Below are positions 1 to 8,988 of a stretch of 49,871 nucleotides of DNA, piece after piece. Both the position numbers and the translations under genes were made by a program. The first letter of the stretch is position 1. The number at the start of each line of letters is the position of its first letter. The notes below the pieces were generated by a model that was not told where the DNA came from, searched no databases, and worked only from the letters and a program-made list of their open reading frames with translations. The DNA comes from an uncultured Eubacteriales bacterium (GTDB lineage: Bacteria; Bacillota; Clostridia; Acetivibrionales; CAYWGM01), in assembly GCA_964457875.1 (NCBI GenBank), contig CAYWGM010000007.1, forward strand, positions 1-49,871. Reading direction: 5' to 3'.

Positions 1-381
1 TTTTTTAGCTGTCCTTATCATAATGACATGCGCAGTCACACCGATGGCAACCAATAATAAGACGGCCTTTAAAAGAGGACTTGAGACGATGAACAGAATG
101 GAGCATCCTATAGTAAGCCAAAGTATCATAATGGCCGATATTTTAGCGTGCATCGGCACGCCGTTGCCATTGAGGTAATCTTTTATATATCTGCCGATCA
201 ATCTGTTATTTAAAAGCCAGTCGTACAATTTCCTTGAACTTCTGGCAAAACACGCGACAGCGATGAGAAAAAACGGAACAGAAGGAAGCAGAGGCAGGAA
301 AATCCCCAATATGCCCAATAATACTGATAAAGCGCCGGCAACCTTCATGATCGCTTTAAGAAATCTGTTTTTTATCGGCAT
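1..381 (-). CDS. DUF454/YbaN-family small membrane protein (N-terminus present, C-terminus runs off the window edge)
   Basis: Absent from the ORF track because no stop is reached. The reverse complement from the ATG (comp. 381-379) reads MPIKNRFLKAIMKVAGALSVLLGILGIFLPLLPSVPFFLIAVACFARSSRKLYDWLLNNRLIGRYIKDYL... This is the YbaN/DUF454 signature (LPLLP-PFFL-A-CF-RSS). The frame stays open to position 1. Confidence 0.6.
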   Translation of the reverse strand, partial: MPIKNRFLKAIMKVAGALSVLLGILGIFLPLLPSVPFFLIAVACFARSSRKLYDWLLNNRLIGRYIKDYLNGNGVPMHAKISAIMILWLTIGCSILFIVSSPLLKAVLLLVAIGVTAHVIMIRTAKK

Positions 382-464
382 GATAATCCCCATCTCAAAC
401 TATATTATGCGATGAGGTTTTTTGTGTTATTGACATTTGTATGAAATGTGTTAGTATAACTATT

Positions 465-1229
465 ATGAATAACCCGAGACGAAATCAGATAATTCATTTG
501 CTGGATCATAAAGGGGATGTCCAGTTGTGCCATCTCAGGGAGATGTTTCCCGAAGTATCAGAGATGACTTTGAGAAGGGATTTGATATTCCTTGAGAAAA
601 AAGGCTTAATCGTGCGTACTTATGGGGGCGCTGTCAGCACCAAAAGGCTGGTGATGTCCGTAGACGGGGAAAACGTCTATTCCCGTACTGCCGCCGAAAA
701 TATGCCTGCTAAAATAAAGATCGCCCAAAAAGCGCTTCCTCTTGTTGAAAAAGGACGTTCTATCTATTTTGATTCAGGTACGACCATAATGTGTCTTGCA
801 GAGATCCTTCCCGACGATAACTACTCCATAATCACAAACGGAGCTGATATTGCGCTCGAGCTCATCAAAAAGGTTAAAATCTCTGTCACGGTACTCGGCG
901 GGCAAATGAACCGGAACACGCTGTCGATGTCAGGCCCCAGGATAACGGATTACCTTGATGGTATGAACATTGATCTTGCGTTCATGTCCGCGTCCGGTTT
1001 TTCGGTACGCAATGGTTTTACCGTAGCCGACATATATGAGTGCGAACTCAAACGCAAGCTTGTCGGACGCGCGGGTAAAGTCATCATGCTGTTGGATACC
1101 TGTAAGATCAATAAGAACCTGCCTTTTACATATGCGAGCCTTGATGATGCCGATATTTGGATCTGCGAAAAAGAACTGCCCGGATTGGTAGTGGAAGAAG
1201 CTGAAAAACATCATGTGTCGGTTATGTGA
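465..1229 (+). CDS. DeoR/GlpR-family transcriptional regulator
   Basis: ORF 441..1229. N-terminal HTH (RRNQIIHLLDHKGDVQLCHLREMFPEVSEMTLRRDLIFLEKKGLIVRTYGGA) plus a DeoR C-terminal sugar-phosphate sensor region (YFDSGTT...ITNG...DLAFMSASG). ATG 465 (MNNPRRNQ...) fits family N-termini better than ATG 441. A TTGACA (430-435) / TATAAC-like -10 lies just upstream. Confidence 0.85.
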   Translation: MNNPRRNQIIHLLDHKGDVQLCHLREMFPEVSEMTLRRDLIFLEKKGLIVRTYGGAVSTKRLVMSVDGENVYSRTAAENMPAKIKIAQKALPLVEKGRSIYFDSGTTIMCLAEILPDDNYSIITNGADIALELIKKVKISVTVLGGQMNRNTLSMSGPRITDYLDGMNIDLAFMSASGFSVRNGFTVADIYECELKRKLVGRAGKVIMLLDTCKINKNLPFTYASLDDADIWICEKELPGLVVEEAEKHHVSVM

Positions 1230-1237
1230 CTTAAGAC

Positions 1238-1588
1238 TTAATGCCCGTCCCTGGTCACTTTTAGCTTCAACAGACCAACCAGCCCCCATGCCGCCATCGC
1301 ATAGATCATCATCGCGATTATTGCTGCAGGTTCGAACACCGATTTTGCAACAAGCCCGTCAGCTATCGAAGAATAAAATATTCCGGAAAAAGGTGCTTTC
1401 AAAATCCCTGTGGTTATATATATAAAGTTTACAAACCCGCTGGCGGGGTTTGCGCCGAGGAGCCTGAATATAAAACCGATAACGAGCAGTATTTCAATTA
1501 CGCCAAGGGTATAATAAATGACATTTCTTGTCTTGATATACCATAATGGCGGTTTATGCGCCGAGTATTCCTGACCTGTATTATCCAT
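1238..1588 (-). CDS. YggT-family-like small membrane protein
   Basis: 116 aa with two or three hydrophobic helices. The segment RLLGANPASGFVNFIYITTGILKAPFSGIF resembles Gram-positive YggT-family proteins. Convergent with deoR across an 8-nt gap. Confidence 0.5.
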   Translation of the reverse strand: MDNTGQEYSAHKPPLWYIKTRNVIYYTLGVIEILLVIGFIFRLLGANPASGFVNFIYITTGILKAPFSGIFYSSIADGLVAKSVFEPAAIIAMMIYAMAAWGLVGLLKLKVTRDGH

Positions 1589-1691
1589 GTGCTTATTTAT
1601 ACCCGAATTTTATTATTTCTATTAGGCATTTTTATATTAAAATATTGTGCTATAATATTACCAATATTTTTGATGAAGGGGCAGATATTTT

Positions 1692-2870
1692 ATGGCAATG
1701 TCGTTACAGCAGGAATCTTTGAAGCTTCATGAACAATGGAAAGGCAAAATCGAGGTCATCAGCACCGTAAAGGTTGAGAACAGGCGCGATCTGTCGCTGG
1801 CATACACCCCGGGTGTTGCCGAACCTTGTCTTGAGATACAGAAAAACGTCGATCTTTCATATGCATATACCAAAAGGTGGAATCTTGTGGCAGTCGTCAC
1901 CGACGGGACGGCGGTGCTGGGCCTGGGCGACATCGGCCCTGAGGCCGGAATGCCGGTCATGGAGGGTAAATGCGTATTATTTAAGACATTCGGCGACGTC
2001 GACGCCTTTCCGCTATGTATAAGGTCAAAAGATGTCGACGAAATTGTCAATTGCGTAAAGCTCATTGCCGGAAGCTTCGGAGGTATCAATCTAGAAGATA
2101 TTTCCGCCCCGAGGTGTTTTGAAATTGAGCGGCGGCTGAAGGCCGAATGCGATATCCCCATATTCCATGACGATCAGCATGGGACTGCCGTCGTGGCCCT
2201 TGCAGGAATAATCAACTCGTTGAAGATCGTAGGTAAAAGCATACGAGATATTTCAGTTGTGGTAAATGGTTCAGGGGCTTCAGGCATAGCTGTGACACGC
2301 CTTCTTATGAAAATGGGGCTGAAGGATGTCGTATTATGCGATACGAAAGGCGCCATCTATGAAGGGCGTGATAATCTCAATCCTGAAAAGGCCGAAATGG
2401 CTCGGATTTCTAACCTTAAGCACAAGAAGGGCGGCCTGCGTGATGTGATCTGCGGAGCGGATGTATTCATCGGCCTTTCTGCACCAAAAATGGTTGACGG
2501 CGATATGGTGCGCAGTATGGCGCATGATCCGATAATCTTCGCCATGGCCAATCCTGTTCCGGAAATCATGCCCGAAGAGGCAAAGGCTGCAGGAGCGAGA
2601 GTGCTTGGAACAGGAAGGTCGGATTATGCAAACCAGATAAACAATGTGCTTGCGTTTCCCGGGATATTCAGGGGTGCGCTTGACGTCAGGGCGAGGGACA
2701 TAAATGATGAGATGAAGATAGCCGCGTCCAAGGCTATCGCGGAGATAATAACTCCGGATGAATTGAATCCTGATTACATCATCCCTGCGCCATTCGATCC
2801 GAGAGTCGGAAAGGCGGTTGCCGCGGCAGTTGCGGAAGCTGCGCACAAGACCGGGGTTGCGCGTATATAA
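1692..2870 (+). CDS. NAD(P)-dependent malic enzyme (short, single-domain type)
   Basis: 392 aa. Motifs LSLAYTPGVAEPC, VVTDGTAVLGLGDIGPEAGMPVMEGK, NLEDISAPRCFEIE and VVNGSGASG Rossmann. A TGcTATAAT-like -10 and GAAGGGG RBS lie upstream. Confidence 0.9.
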   Translation: MAMSLQQESLKLHEQWKGKIEVISTVKVENRRDLSLAYTPGVAEPCLEIQKNVDLSYAYTKRWNLVAVVTDGTAVLGLGDIGPEAGMPVMEGKCVLFKTFGDVDAFPLCIRSKDVDEIVNCVKLIAGSFGGINLEDISAPRCFEIERRLKAECDIPIFHDDQHGTAVVALAGIINSLKIVGKSIRDISVVVNGSGASGIAVTRLLMKMGLKDVVLCDTKGAIYEGRDNLNPEKAEMARISNLKHKKGGLRDVICGADVFIGLSAPKMVDGDMVRSMAHDPIIFAMANPVPEIMPEEAKAAGARVLGTGRSDYANQINNVLAFPGIFRGALDVRARDINDEMKIAASKAIAEIITPDELNPDYIIPAPFDPRVGKAVAAAVAEAAHKTGVARI

Positions 2871-2912
2871 GTATTTGATAATACCAACGATAGAATATGA
2901 GGGAGTACCGGT

Positions 2913-4322
2913 ATGGAAGGTGTCTTTGACCTCGCAGTAATAGGCGGAGGCCCGGGCGGTTATGTCGCAGCTATAAGGGCCTTGCAGCTCGGATTGAAAG
3001 TAGCTGTAATAGAAGAGCGGCAGATGGGCGGAACATGCCTCAACCGCGGATGTATCCCCACAAAAGCCCTGCTTCATGCTGCGGAGGTTTATGAAACTGT
3101 AAGAAATGCTTCCGTCTTCGGGGTGGATGTTGAAAAGGCCACATTTGATTATAACAGGATAACATCGAGGAAAGAAGCCATAGTGAATCAGTTGAGGGCC
3201 GGAGTGGAACAACTGGTCATGGGAAATGGCGGAATCATAATTAGCGGCAGGGGATATATCAAGGACACAAACACGGTCGAAGTAAGCGGCGCGGATCAAT
3301 ACACCGTAACCTGCGGAAAAATGATCATTGCAACAGGCTCAAAACCTTCCAAACTCAATATCCCCGGCGGTGACCTGCCGTTTGTCACCGATAGCGACGG
3401 AATACTCGAATTGAAAACAGTACCATCGAGAATGGTAATCATAGGCGGCGGCGTGATAGGGATGGAATTTGCGAGCTTATTCAGCGCTTTCGGATGCGAA
3501 GTCGCAATAATAGAAATGATGGATCAGATACTGCCAGGATTGGATCGTGAAGTTGCCGCCACAATCAGAAAGAAAATGGAGGCCAGAGGAATAAGGATAA
3601 GTACGGATTCGCGGCTCACGGGTATGACCCGGGGAACAGGCGTAAATGCGGCTTTATGCACCTATGAACAGGCAGGTGCTCCGAAGACGGCAGAGGGGGA
3701 TATTGTGCTGGTTGCAGTGGGGCGTCGCCCTTGCAGCGATGGGATCGGCACTGAAAGTACAGGAATCTCGGTCGAAAAAGGGTATATCAACGTCAATGAC
3801 CTGATGCAAACTAACATTGAGGGGATATATGCAATAGGCGATGTCACCGGAAAGACGCAGCTTGCGCACGTTGCTTCGGCTCAAGGCTTTGTGGCGGCGG
3901 CAAATGCCGCGGGACAAAACAAAAAGATGGATTATTCAGCCGTACCCTCATGCATATACACTTCTCCTGAGATAGCCAGCATAGGCCTGTCTGAAGAAGA
4001 GTGCCGCAGGAGGGGCCGGAATATCAAGGTCGGAAGGTTTCCGGTCAGCATGAACGGCAAATCAAAGATTATAGGGGAGCGAAGCGGATTTGCCAAGATC
4101 ATCGCCGATGAAGGAACCGGTGAAATAATCGGAGCCCATATCGTAAGTCCAAGGGCCACCGATATGATCACTGAAATTGCAGCAGCAATGAAGTTTGAAT
4201 TAACAATAAGCGATATTGCTGACACGATCCACCCGCATCCAACGGTAAGCGAGATCATCATGGAAGCGGCGCACGACGCGGATGCATTGAGCGTCCACAA
4301 GCCTGCGTCCAGGATTAAATGA
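2913..4322 (+). CDS. lpdA: Dihydrolipoyl dehydrogenase (E3 / glycine-cleavage L protein candidate)
   Basis: 469 aa. GGGPGGYVAAIRA FAD motif, redox disulfide GGTCLNRGCIPTKALL, second Rossmann IIGGGVIGMEFAS, and C-terminal HPHPTVSE interface motif. Confidence 0.9.
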   Translation: MEGVFDLAVIGGGPGGYVAAIRALQLGLKVAVIEERQMGGTCLNRGCIPTKALLHAAEVYETVRNASVFGVDVEKATFDYNRITSRKEAIVNQLRAGVEQLVMGNGGIIISGRGYIKDTNTVEVSGADQYTVTCGKMIIATGSKPSKLNIPGGDLPFVTDSDGILELKTVPSRMVIIGGGVIGMEFASLFSAFGCEVAIIEMMDQILPGLDREVAATIRKKMEARGIRISTDSRLTGMTRGTGVNAALCTYEQAGAPKTAEGDIVLVAVGRRPCSDGIGTESTGISVEKGYINVNDLMQTNIEGIYAIGDVTGKTQLAHVASAQGFVAAANAAGQNKKMDYSAVPSCIYTSPEIASIGLSEEECRRRGRNIKVGRFPVSMNGKSKIIGERSGFAKIIADEGTGEIIGAHIVSPRATDMITEIAAAMKFELTISDIADTIHPHPTVSEIIMEAAHDADALSVHKPASRIK

Positions 4323-4350
4323 GTAAATATTTATATTTAAAGGATTGTTT

Positions 4351-5211
4351 ATGTTCAGAATTGTTAAGAAGATAACACTTAATCAATCTGTCAAACTTAT
4401 GAAGGTATATGCGCCATATATAGCGAAGAAGGCCGAGCCCGGGCAGTTTATCATCTTGCGCGTATCCGAAGGCGGTGAGAGGATACCTCTGACCATCGCT
4501 GATTTCGACCGCTCGGAGGGTACGGTGACTATTATAGTCCAGGAGATTGGTAATACTACGAAGCAACTTGGAAGCCTCGAAGAAGGCCGTCAAATACTGG
4601 ATTTTATCGGGCCTCTCGGCAATCCGACGCAATTTAAGCCGGATGTAAAGAAGGCAGTGGTCATAGGCGGCGGCGTCGGCGCAGCTATAGCGTTTCCACA
4701 AGCCCAAAAACTCCATGGCGACGGAATCGACGTAGATGCGATAATAGGTTTCAGGAACAGCGGTCTTATAATCCTGGAAAAAGAGATGGGACAAGTTTCG
4801 ACGAGACTTTATGTCACCACCGACGACGGGTCTAACGGTAACAAGGGTTTTGTATCGGATGTCCTTAATAAGCTGCTGCTCGATGGCAGCCGGTATGATG
4901 TTGCGTTCGTTGTAGGTCCTCTTATCATGATGAAGATCGTAAGCGGTATAACCCAAAAGTATGCCATCAACACTATTGTGAGCATGAATCCTGTCATGAT
5001 AGATGGCACCGGGATGTGCGGAGGCTGCAGACTGACCGTTGGAGGGCAGACGAAATTCGCTTGTGTCGACGGGCCGGATTTCGATGGCCACCAGGTGGAT
5101 TTTGATGAGGCCATGAGAAGGCAGCTCATGTACAAAAATGAGGAGGAATTGACCAGAGATCATGCCTGCAGGATCGGAGGTGTCACCGGTGCCGAATATG
5201 TCTCCGAATAA
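4351..5211 (+). CDS. nfnA: NfnA-type FAD/NAD-binding [2Fe-2S] subunit (sulfide/dihydroorotate dehydrogenase-like)
   Basis: ORF 4345..5211 (TTG). ATG 4351 sits 6 nt after AAAGGA. PyrK-like fold: PGQFIILRV, RIPLTIAD, GPLG, VIGGGVG, and C-terminal CGGCRL...C cluster. Confidence 0.8.
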   Translation: MFRIVKKITLNQSVKLMKVYAPYIAKKAEPGQFIILRVSEGGERIPLTIADFDRSEGTVTIIVQEIGNTTKQLGSLEEGRQILDFIGPLGNPTQFKPDVKKAVVIGGGVGAAIAFPQAQKLHGDGIDVDAIIGFRNSGLIILEKEMGQVSTRLYVTTDDGSNGNKGFVSDVLNKLLLDGSRYDVAFVVGPLIMMKIVSGITQKYAINTIVSMNPVMIDGTGMCGGCRLTVGGQTKFACVDGPDFDGHQVDFDEAMRRQLMYKNEEELTRDHACRIGGVTGAEYVSE

Positions 5212-6595
5212 AGTTGCGATGCCTGAGCAGGATCCTGCAGTAAGGAATGCTAATTTTTATGAAGTGGCAACCGGATATACCGATGAAATGGCGAAAGAGG
5301 AAGCCAACAGGTGCCTCCAGTGCAAGAATAAGCCATGTGTCGAAGGGTGTCCCGTTTTCGTGGATATCCCGGCATTTATAAAATTTATAGCCGAAGGCAA
5401 GTACGAAGAGGCATACGAGAAGATCAAAGAGACCAATAACCTGCCCGCGATATGCGGAAGGGTGTGCCCGCAGGAAACGCAATGCGAGCGGCTATGCGTA
5501 AGATGTAAAAAGGGTGAATCTGTTGCAATAGGAAGGCTCGAGCGGTTTGCGGCAGACCGGTGCATGTCTGATGGTGAAAATGACGGTTTGGTTCTGCAAG
5601 ATAACTCAGGGAAGAAAACAGCGAAAATCGCTGTTGTCGGATCGGGACCGGCGGGTCTGACGTGCGCCGCCGACCTGGCCAAATTAGGCTATGATGTTAC
5701 TGTATTCGAGGCCTTGCATGTGCCGGGGGGCGTGCTGATGTACGGTATACCGGAGTTCAGGCTTCCTAAAGACCTTGTCCAGAGAGAGATCGGATTGTTG
5801 AAAAAACTGGGCGTAAAGATCATGACGAATATGGTGATAGGTAAGGTTCTGACACTGGATGACCTGATGGAGGAAGGGTATGAGGCCATCTTCATCGGAT
5901 CGGGCGCTGGATTGCCTTCTTTTCTTGGAATACCCGGAGAGAATCTCAATGGTGTGTATTCGGCAAATGAGTTCCTCACACGAGTAAATTTGATGAAAGC
6001 ATACAAATTCCCTGAGACATCGACGCCTGTCAAGGTGGGCAGGAATGTCGCGGTGGTCGGCGGCGGAAATGTCGCCATGGACGCGGCAAGATGTGCAAAG
6101 CGGCTCGGAACTGAAAATGTTTATATCGTCTATAGACGTTCCGAAGCGGAATTGCCCGCAAGAGCCGAAGAGGTTCACCACGCGCGCGAAGAAGGCATAA
6201 TATTTAAAATGCTTGCCAATCCGGTCAGGATCATCGGGAATGACGCCGGTTGGGTAAAGCAGATGGAATGCGTCAGGATGGAGCTTGGAGAACCGGATGC
6301 CTCAGGCAGAAGAAGGCCTGTTCCGGTGAAAGGGTCCGAATTTTTGATTGACATTGATACGGCGATCATTGCGGTAGGTACGAGTCCTAACCCTCTTATC
6401 GCTTCTACAACCGAAGGATTGGATACCCACAAATGGGGCGGGATAATAACCGATATGCAAACCGGGGCTACAAGCAAAAAGGGCGTCTATGCGGGCGGCG
6501 ATGCCGTAACGGGCGCCGCGACAGTGATACTCGCCATGGGTGCGGGTAAGAATGCGGCAAAAGCTATTGATGAGTATCTTTCGAAGAGAGGATGA
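5198..6595 (+). CDS. nfnB: NfnB / NADPH-dependent glutamate-synthase-small-chain-like oxidoreductase
   Basis: ORF 5162..6595. ATG 5198 overlaps the nfnA stop by 14 nt. N-terminal Fe-S motifs (CLQCKNKPCVEGCPV, CGRVCPQETQCE) and two dinucleotide folds (VVGSGPAGLTCA, VVGGGNVAMDAAR). Confidence 0.85.
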   Translation: MSPNKVAMPEQDPAVRNANFYEVATGYTDEMAKEEANRCLQCKNKPCVEGCPVFVDIPAFIKFIAEGKYEEAYEKIKETNNLPAICGRVCPQETQCERLCVRCKKGESVAIGRLERFAADRCMSDGENDGLVLQDNSGKKTAKIAVVGSGPAGLTCAADLAKLGYDVTVFEALHVPGGVLMYGIPEFRLPKDLVQREIGLLKKLGVKIMTNMVIGKVLTLDDLMEEGYEAIFIGSGAGLPSFLGIPGENLNGVYSANEFLTRVNLMKAYKFPETSTPVKVGRNVAVVGGGNVAMDAARCAKRLGTENVYIVYRRSEAELPARAEEVHHAREEGIIFKMLANPVRIIGNDAGWVKQMECVRMELGEPDASGRRRPVPVKGSEFLIDIDTAIIAVGTSPNPLIASTTEGLDTHKWGGIITDMQTGATSKKGVYAGGDAVTGAATVILAMGAGKNAAKAIDEYLSKRG

Positions 6596-6601
6596 ATAAC
6601 C

Positions 6602-7873
6602 CTGAAGATTGATATCCCTTACGGGAAAGGCAGTTTGCCTCTGGAAGCCGATGAAAAGGATATACTGGCCATACTCAGGCCTAACAAATACAAATCAGAT
6701 ATTTGCGCGTCTATCGGCCCTGAAGATGTCCGAAGGTCACTTGCCGGGCCCATAGGGACGAAAAGGCTCAAGGATATTGTAAAACATGGAGAAAAGGTTG
6801 CCATCATAACCAGCGATATTACAAGGCCTGTGCCTTCAAAAGCGATACTCCCGCCTCTGCTGGATGAACTCAGTGAAGCAGGCGCTGCGCCCGATGATAT
6901 AATGATCGTCTTTGCGCTGGGAAACCACAGAAAACATACCGATGAAGAGAAGAGATACCTTGTCGGTGATGATATTTTCAATAAGTACACGTGTCTAGAC
7001 AGCGATCAGACCGATACTGTCTCTCTCGGAAAGACATCCGCCGGCACGCCGGTCGATATATTCAGGACTGTTGCTTCGGCTGACAGGCGGATCTGCATCG
7101 GCAACATCGAATACCACTATTTCGCCGGCTACAGTGGCGGCCTGAAGGCCATAATGCCGGGCGTCTCCACAAGATCGGCGATACAATCCAATCATAGTAT
7201 GATGATAGATGATAACGCCTGCGCCGGCAGAATCTTGGATAATCCGGTGAGAGCCGATTTAGAAGAAGTTACGAAATTCCTTCCGGTCGATTTCATCGTT
7301 AACGTGGTGCTGGATGAAAAAAAACGCATCCTCAGGGCGTTTGCAGGGCATTGCATAGATGCGCACAGGCAGGGTTGCAAATTCCTCGATTCGATATATC
7401 AGGTCCCGCTTGATAGACCTGCTGATGTCGTTATTGTTTCTGCAGGGGGTTACCCTAAGGATATCAATATCTATCAGGCGCAAAAAGCCCTGGACAATGC
7501 GAAGACCGCGGTACGGGGCGGCGGGGTGATAATACTTGCGGCCGAATGCGCCGAAGGCTATGGCGAGAAGGTATTCGAAAGATGGTTTAACGATTTTACC
7601 GCGCCGGACGTGATCATTTCCGAGATAAAACGCAATTTTGAACTGGGTGGCCATAAGGCCGCCGCTATTGCCATGGTCGCTGAAAAATGCAGCATTTATC
7701 TCGTATCCGGAATGCCTTCTGATAAAGTGGAAAAGATGTTCATGAAGCCATTCGACAACTTACAGGATGCATACGATCATGCCTTAGAATCGGCCGGCTC
7801 GCAGAGCAGCACCGTTGTTATCCCATTCGGCGGATCAACGATGCCTGTTGTCGCAAGAAGTATTAAATGGTAG
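6602..7873 (+). CDS. larA: LarA-family nickel-pincer-dependent 2-hydroxyacid racemase/epimerase (DUF2088)
   Basis: The ORF track starts at TTG 6635. However, the family-conserved N-terminus KIDIPYGKG is encoded at 6605-6631, upstream of any ATG/GTG/TTG, so the start coordinate is uncertain (CTG 6602 / ATT 6608). LarA motifs: TSDITRPVPS, LGNHRKHT, YHYFAGYSGGLKAIMPG (tether Lys), GGYPKDINIYQAQKAL. Confidence 0.8.
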   Translation: MKIDIPYGKGSLPLEADEKDILAILRPNKYKSDICASIGPEDVRRSLAGPIGTKRLKDIVKHGEKVAIITSDITRPVPSKAILPPLLDELSEAGAAPDDIMIVFALGNHRKHTDEEKRYLVGDDIFNKYTCLDSDQTDTVSLGKTSAGTPVDIFRTVASADRRICIGNIEYHYFAGYSGGLKAIMPGVSTRSAIQSNHSMMIDDNACAGRILDNPVRADLEEVTKFLPVDFIVNVVLDEKKRILRAFAGHCIDAHRQGCKFLDSIYQVPLDRPADVVIVSAGGYPKDINIYQAQKALDNAKTAVRGGGVIILAAECAEGYGEKVFERWFNDFTAPDVIISEIKRNFELGGHKAAAIAMVAEKCSIYLVSGMPSDKVEKMFMKPFDNLQDAYDHALESAGSQSSTVVIPFGGSTMPVVARSIKW

Positions 7874-7904
7874 GATTGTCAAAGGATAGTAAAGGAGATT
7901 TATT

Positions 7905-8966
7905 ATGTCGGTTATGTGGAGCGAAATACAAGAACAGCCGGATTTACTCAAAAATACCATTACTGGAAACATATCTAAAATTAAATCTTTAGCTGATGAA
8001 ATTGATAAAAGGGGAATAAGGTTTATTACGATCGCCGCGCGCGGAACTTCGGATAACGCTGCGGTATATGCCAAATATGTCTTTGAACTGCTTGTCGGTA
8101 TTCCGGTAATGCTTGCCGCGCCTTCGATATTTACAATATATAATAATTTTTTAAATTTAAGAGACAGCATGGTCATCGGAATATCCCAATCGGGAATGGC
8201 CAAGGATGTGCTTGAAGTATTGAAAGCCGCAAAGGAACAAGGCGCTTTAACAGTCAGTATAACCAACTCACCGGAGTCTCCTTTGGCGATCGGTTCTGAT
8301 TGGCATTTGTACTGCAATTCAGGTATCGAAGCCGGTATTGCTGCAACTAAGACCTTTACGGCACAGGCGTATATTATTGTCAATCTTGCGTTGGAATTGG
8401 CCGGTAAAAATAGGGCCAGGGCAGTTAATAATAAAGGCTTGGCCGATGAGCTTTCATTAATGCCGGAGAGAATCAGGGAAGTAATAAAAGACGTTGATAT
8501 TATTGACGAAATTACAAAAATGTATCGTTCGATGAAAGACTGTATTGTTCTTGCAAGAGGCGTGAATTACGCCGTTGCGCTTGAGTGTGCGATAAAAATA
8601 ATGGAAACTTCTTATGTAAGGGCTAAAGCATATTCGATTTCGGATTTTTATCATGGCCCTCTGGCGTTGATCGAGGGCAATACGCCTGTTTTATTGTTTG
8701 CGCCGGATGGACCGACCATTGATGATACAAGAAGTATGGCCAAGAGGCTTACGCAAATCGGGGCGGATCTGCTCGTCATCTCCAGCGATTCGGAAATATT
8801 GAAGTCAGGTACGGTTTCGATATCGGTGCCATATTCGAAATATGATATTGTTTCATTTTTTTACAATACGGTAGTTGCGCAGATTTTCGCTTACCGGCTT
8901 ACGATTCAAAAGGGAATGGATCCGGACAGGCCGAGGAATATTAAAAAGATAACTATTACATATTAG
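7905..8966 (+). CDS. Double-SIS-domain protein (GlmS-isomerase-domain / AgaS / FrlB-like sugar-phosphate isomerase or deaminase/deglycase)
   Basis: 353 aa. N-terminus MWSEIQEQPDLL is typical of GlmS-C/AgaS-type proteins. Contains ARGTSDNAA and ISQSGMAKDV SIS motifs, and a second SIS half with LARGVNYAVALECAIKIMETSY. Confidence 0.8.
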   Translation: MSVMWSEIQEQPDLLKNTITGNISKIKSLADEIDKRGIRFITIAARGTSDNAAVYAKYVFELLVGIPVMLAAPSIFTIYNNFLNLRDSMVIGISQSGMAKDVLEVLKAAKEQGALTVSITNSPESPLAIGSDWHLYCNSGIEAGIAATKTFTAQAYIIVNLALELAGKNRARAVNNKGLADELSLMPERIREVIKDVDIIDEITKMYRSMKDCIVLARGVNYAVALECAIKIMETSYVRAKAYSISDFYHGPLALIEGNTPVLLFAPDGPTIDDTRSMAKRLTQIGADLLVISSDSEILKSGTVSISVPYSKYDIVSFFYNTVVAQIFAYRLTIQKGMDPDRPRNIKKITITY

Positions 8967-8988
8967 GACTGGGAGACGTAATAAATAT

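Noticed and set aside
430-467. Possible leaderless deoR mRNA (TTGACA 430-435, -10-like AGTATA/TATAAC 453-460, ATG 465)
   Set aside because: The spacing is ambiguous (17-19 nt) and the -10 is imperfect. ATG 441 remains a possible alternative start. This is not strong enough to report without transcription start site data.
2334-3299. 321-aa minus-strand ORF spanning the malic enzyme / lpdA junction
   Set aside because: It is entirely antisense to two strongly supported + strand genes. Its composition is Arg/Ser/Cys/His/Tyr-rich, with no recognisable motifs and no RBS. This is a shadow ORF typical of GC-moderate coding DNA.
4315-5163. 282-aa minus-strand ORF opposite nfnA
   Set aside because: Antisense shadow of a well-supported gene. 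No family resemblance.
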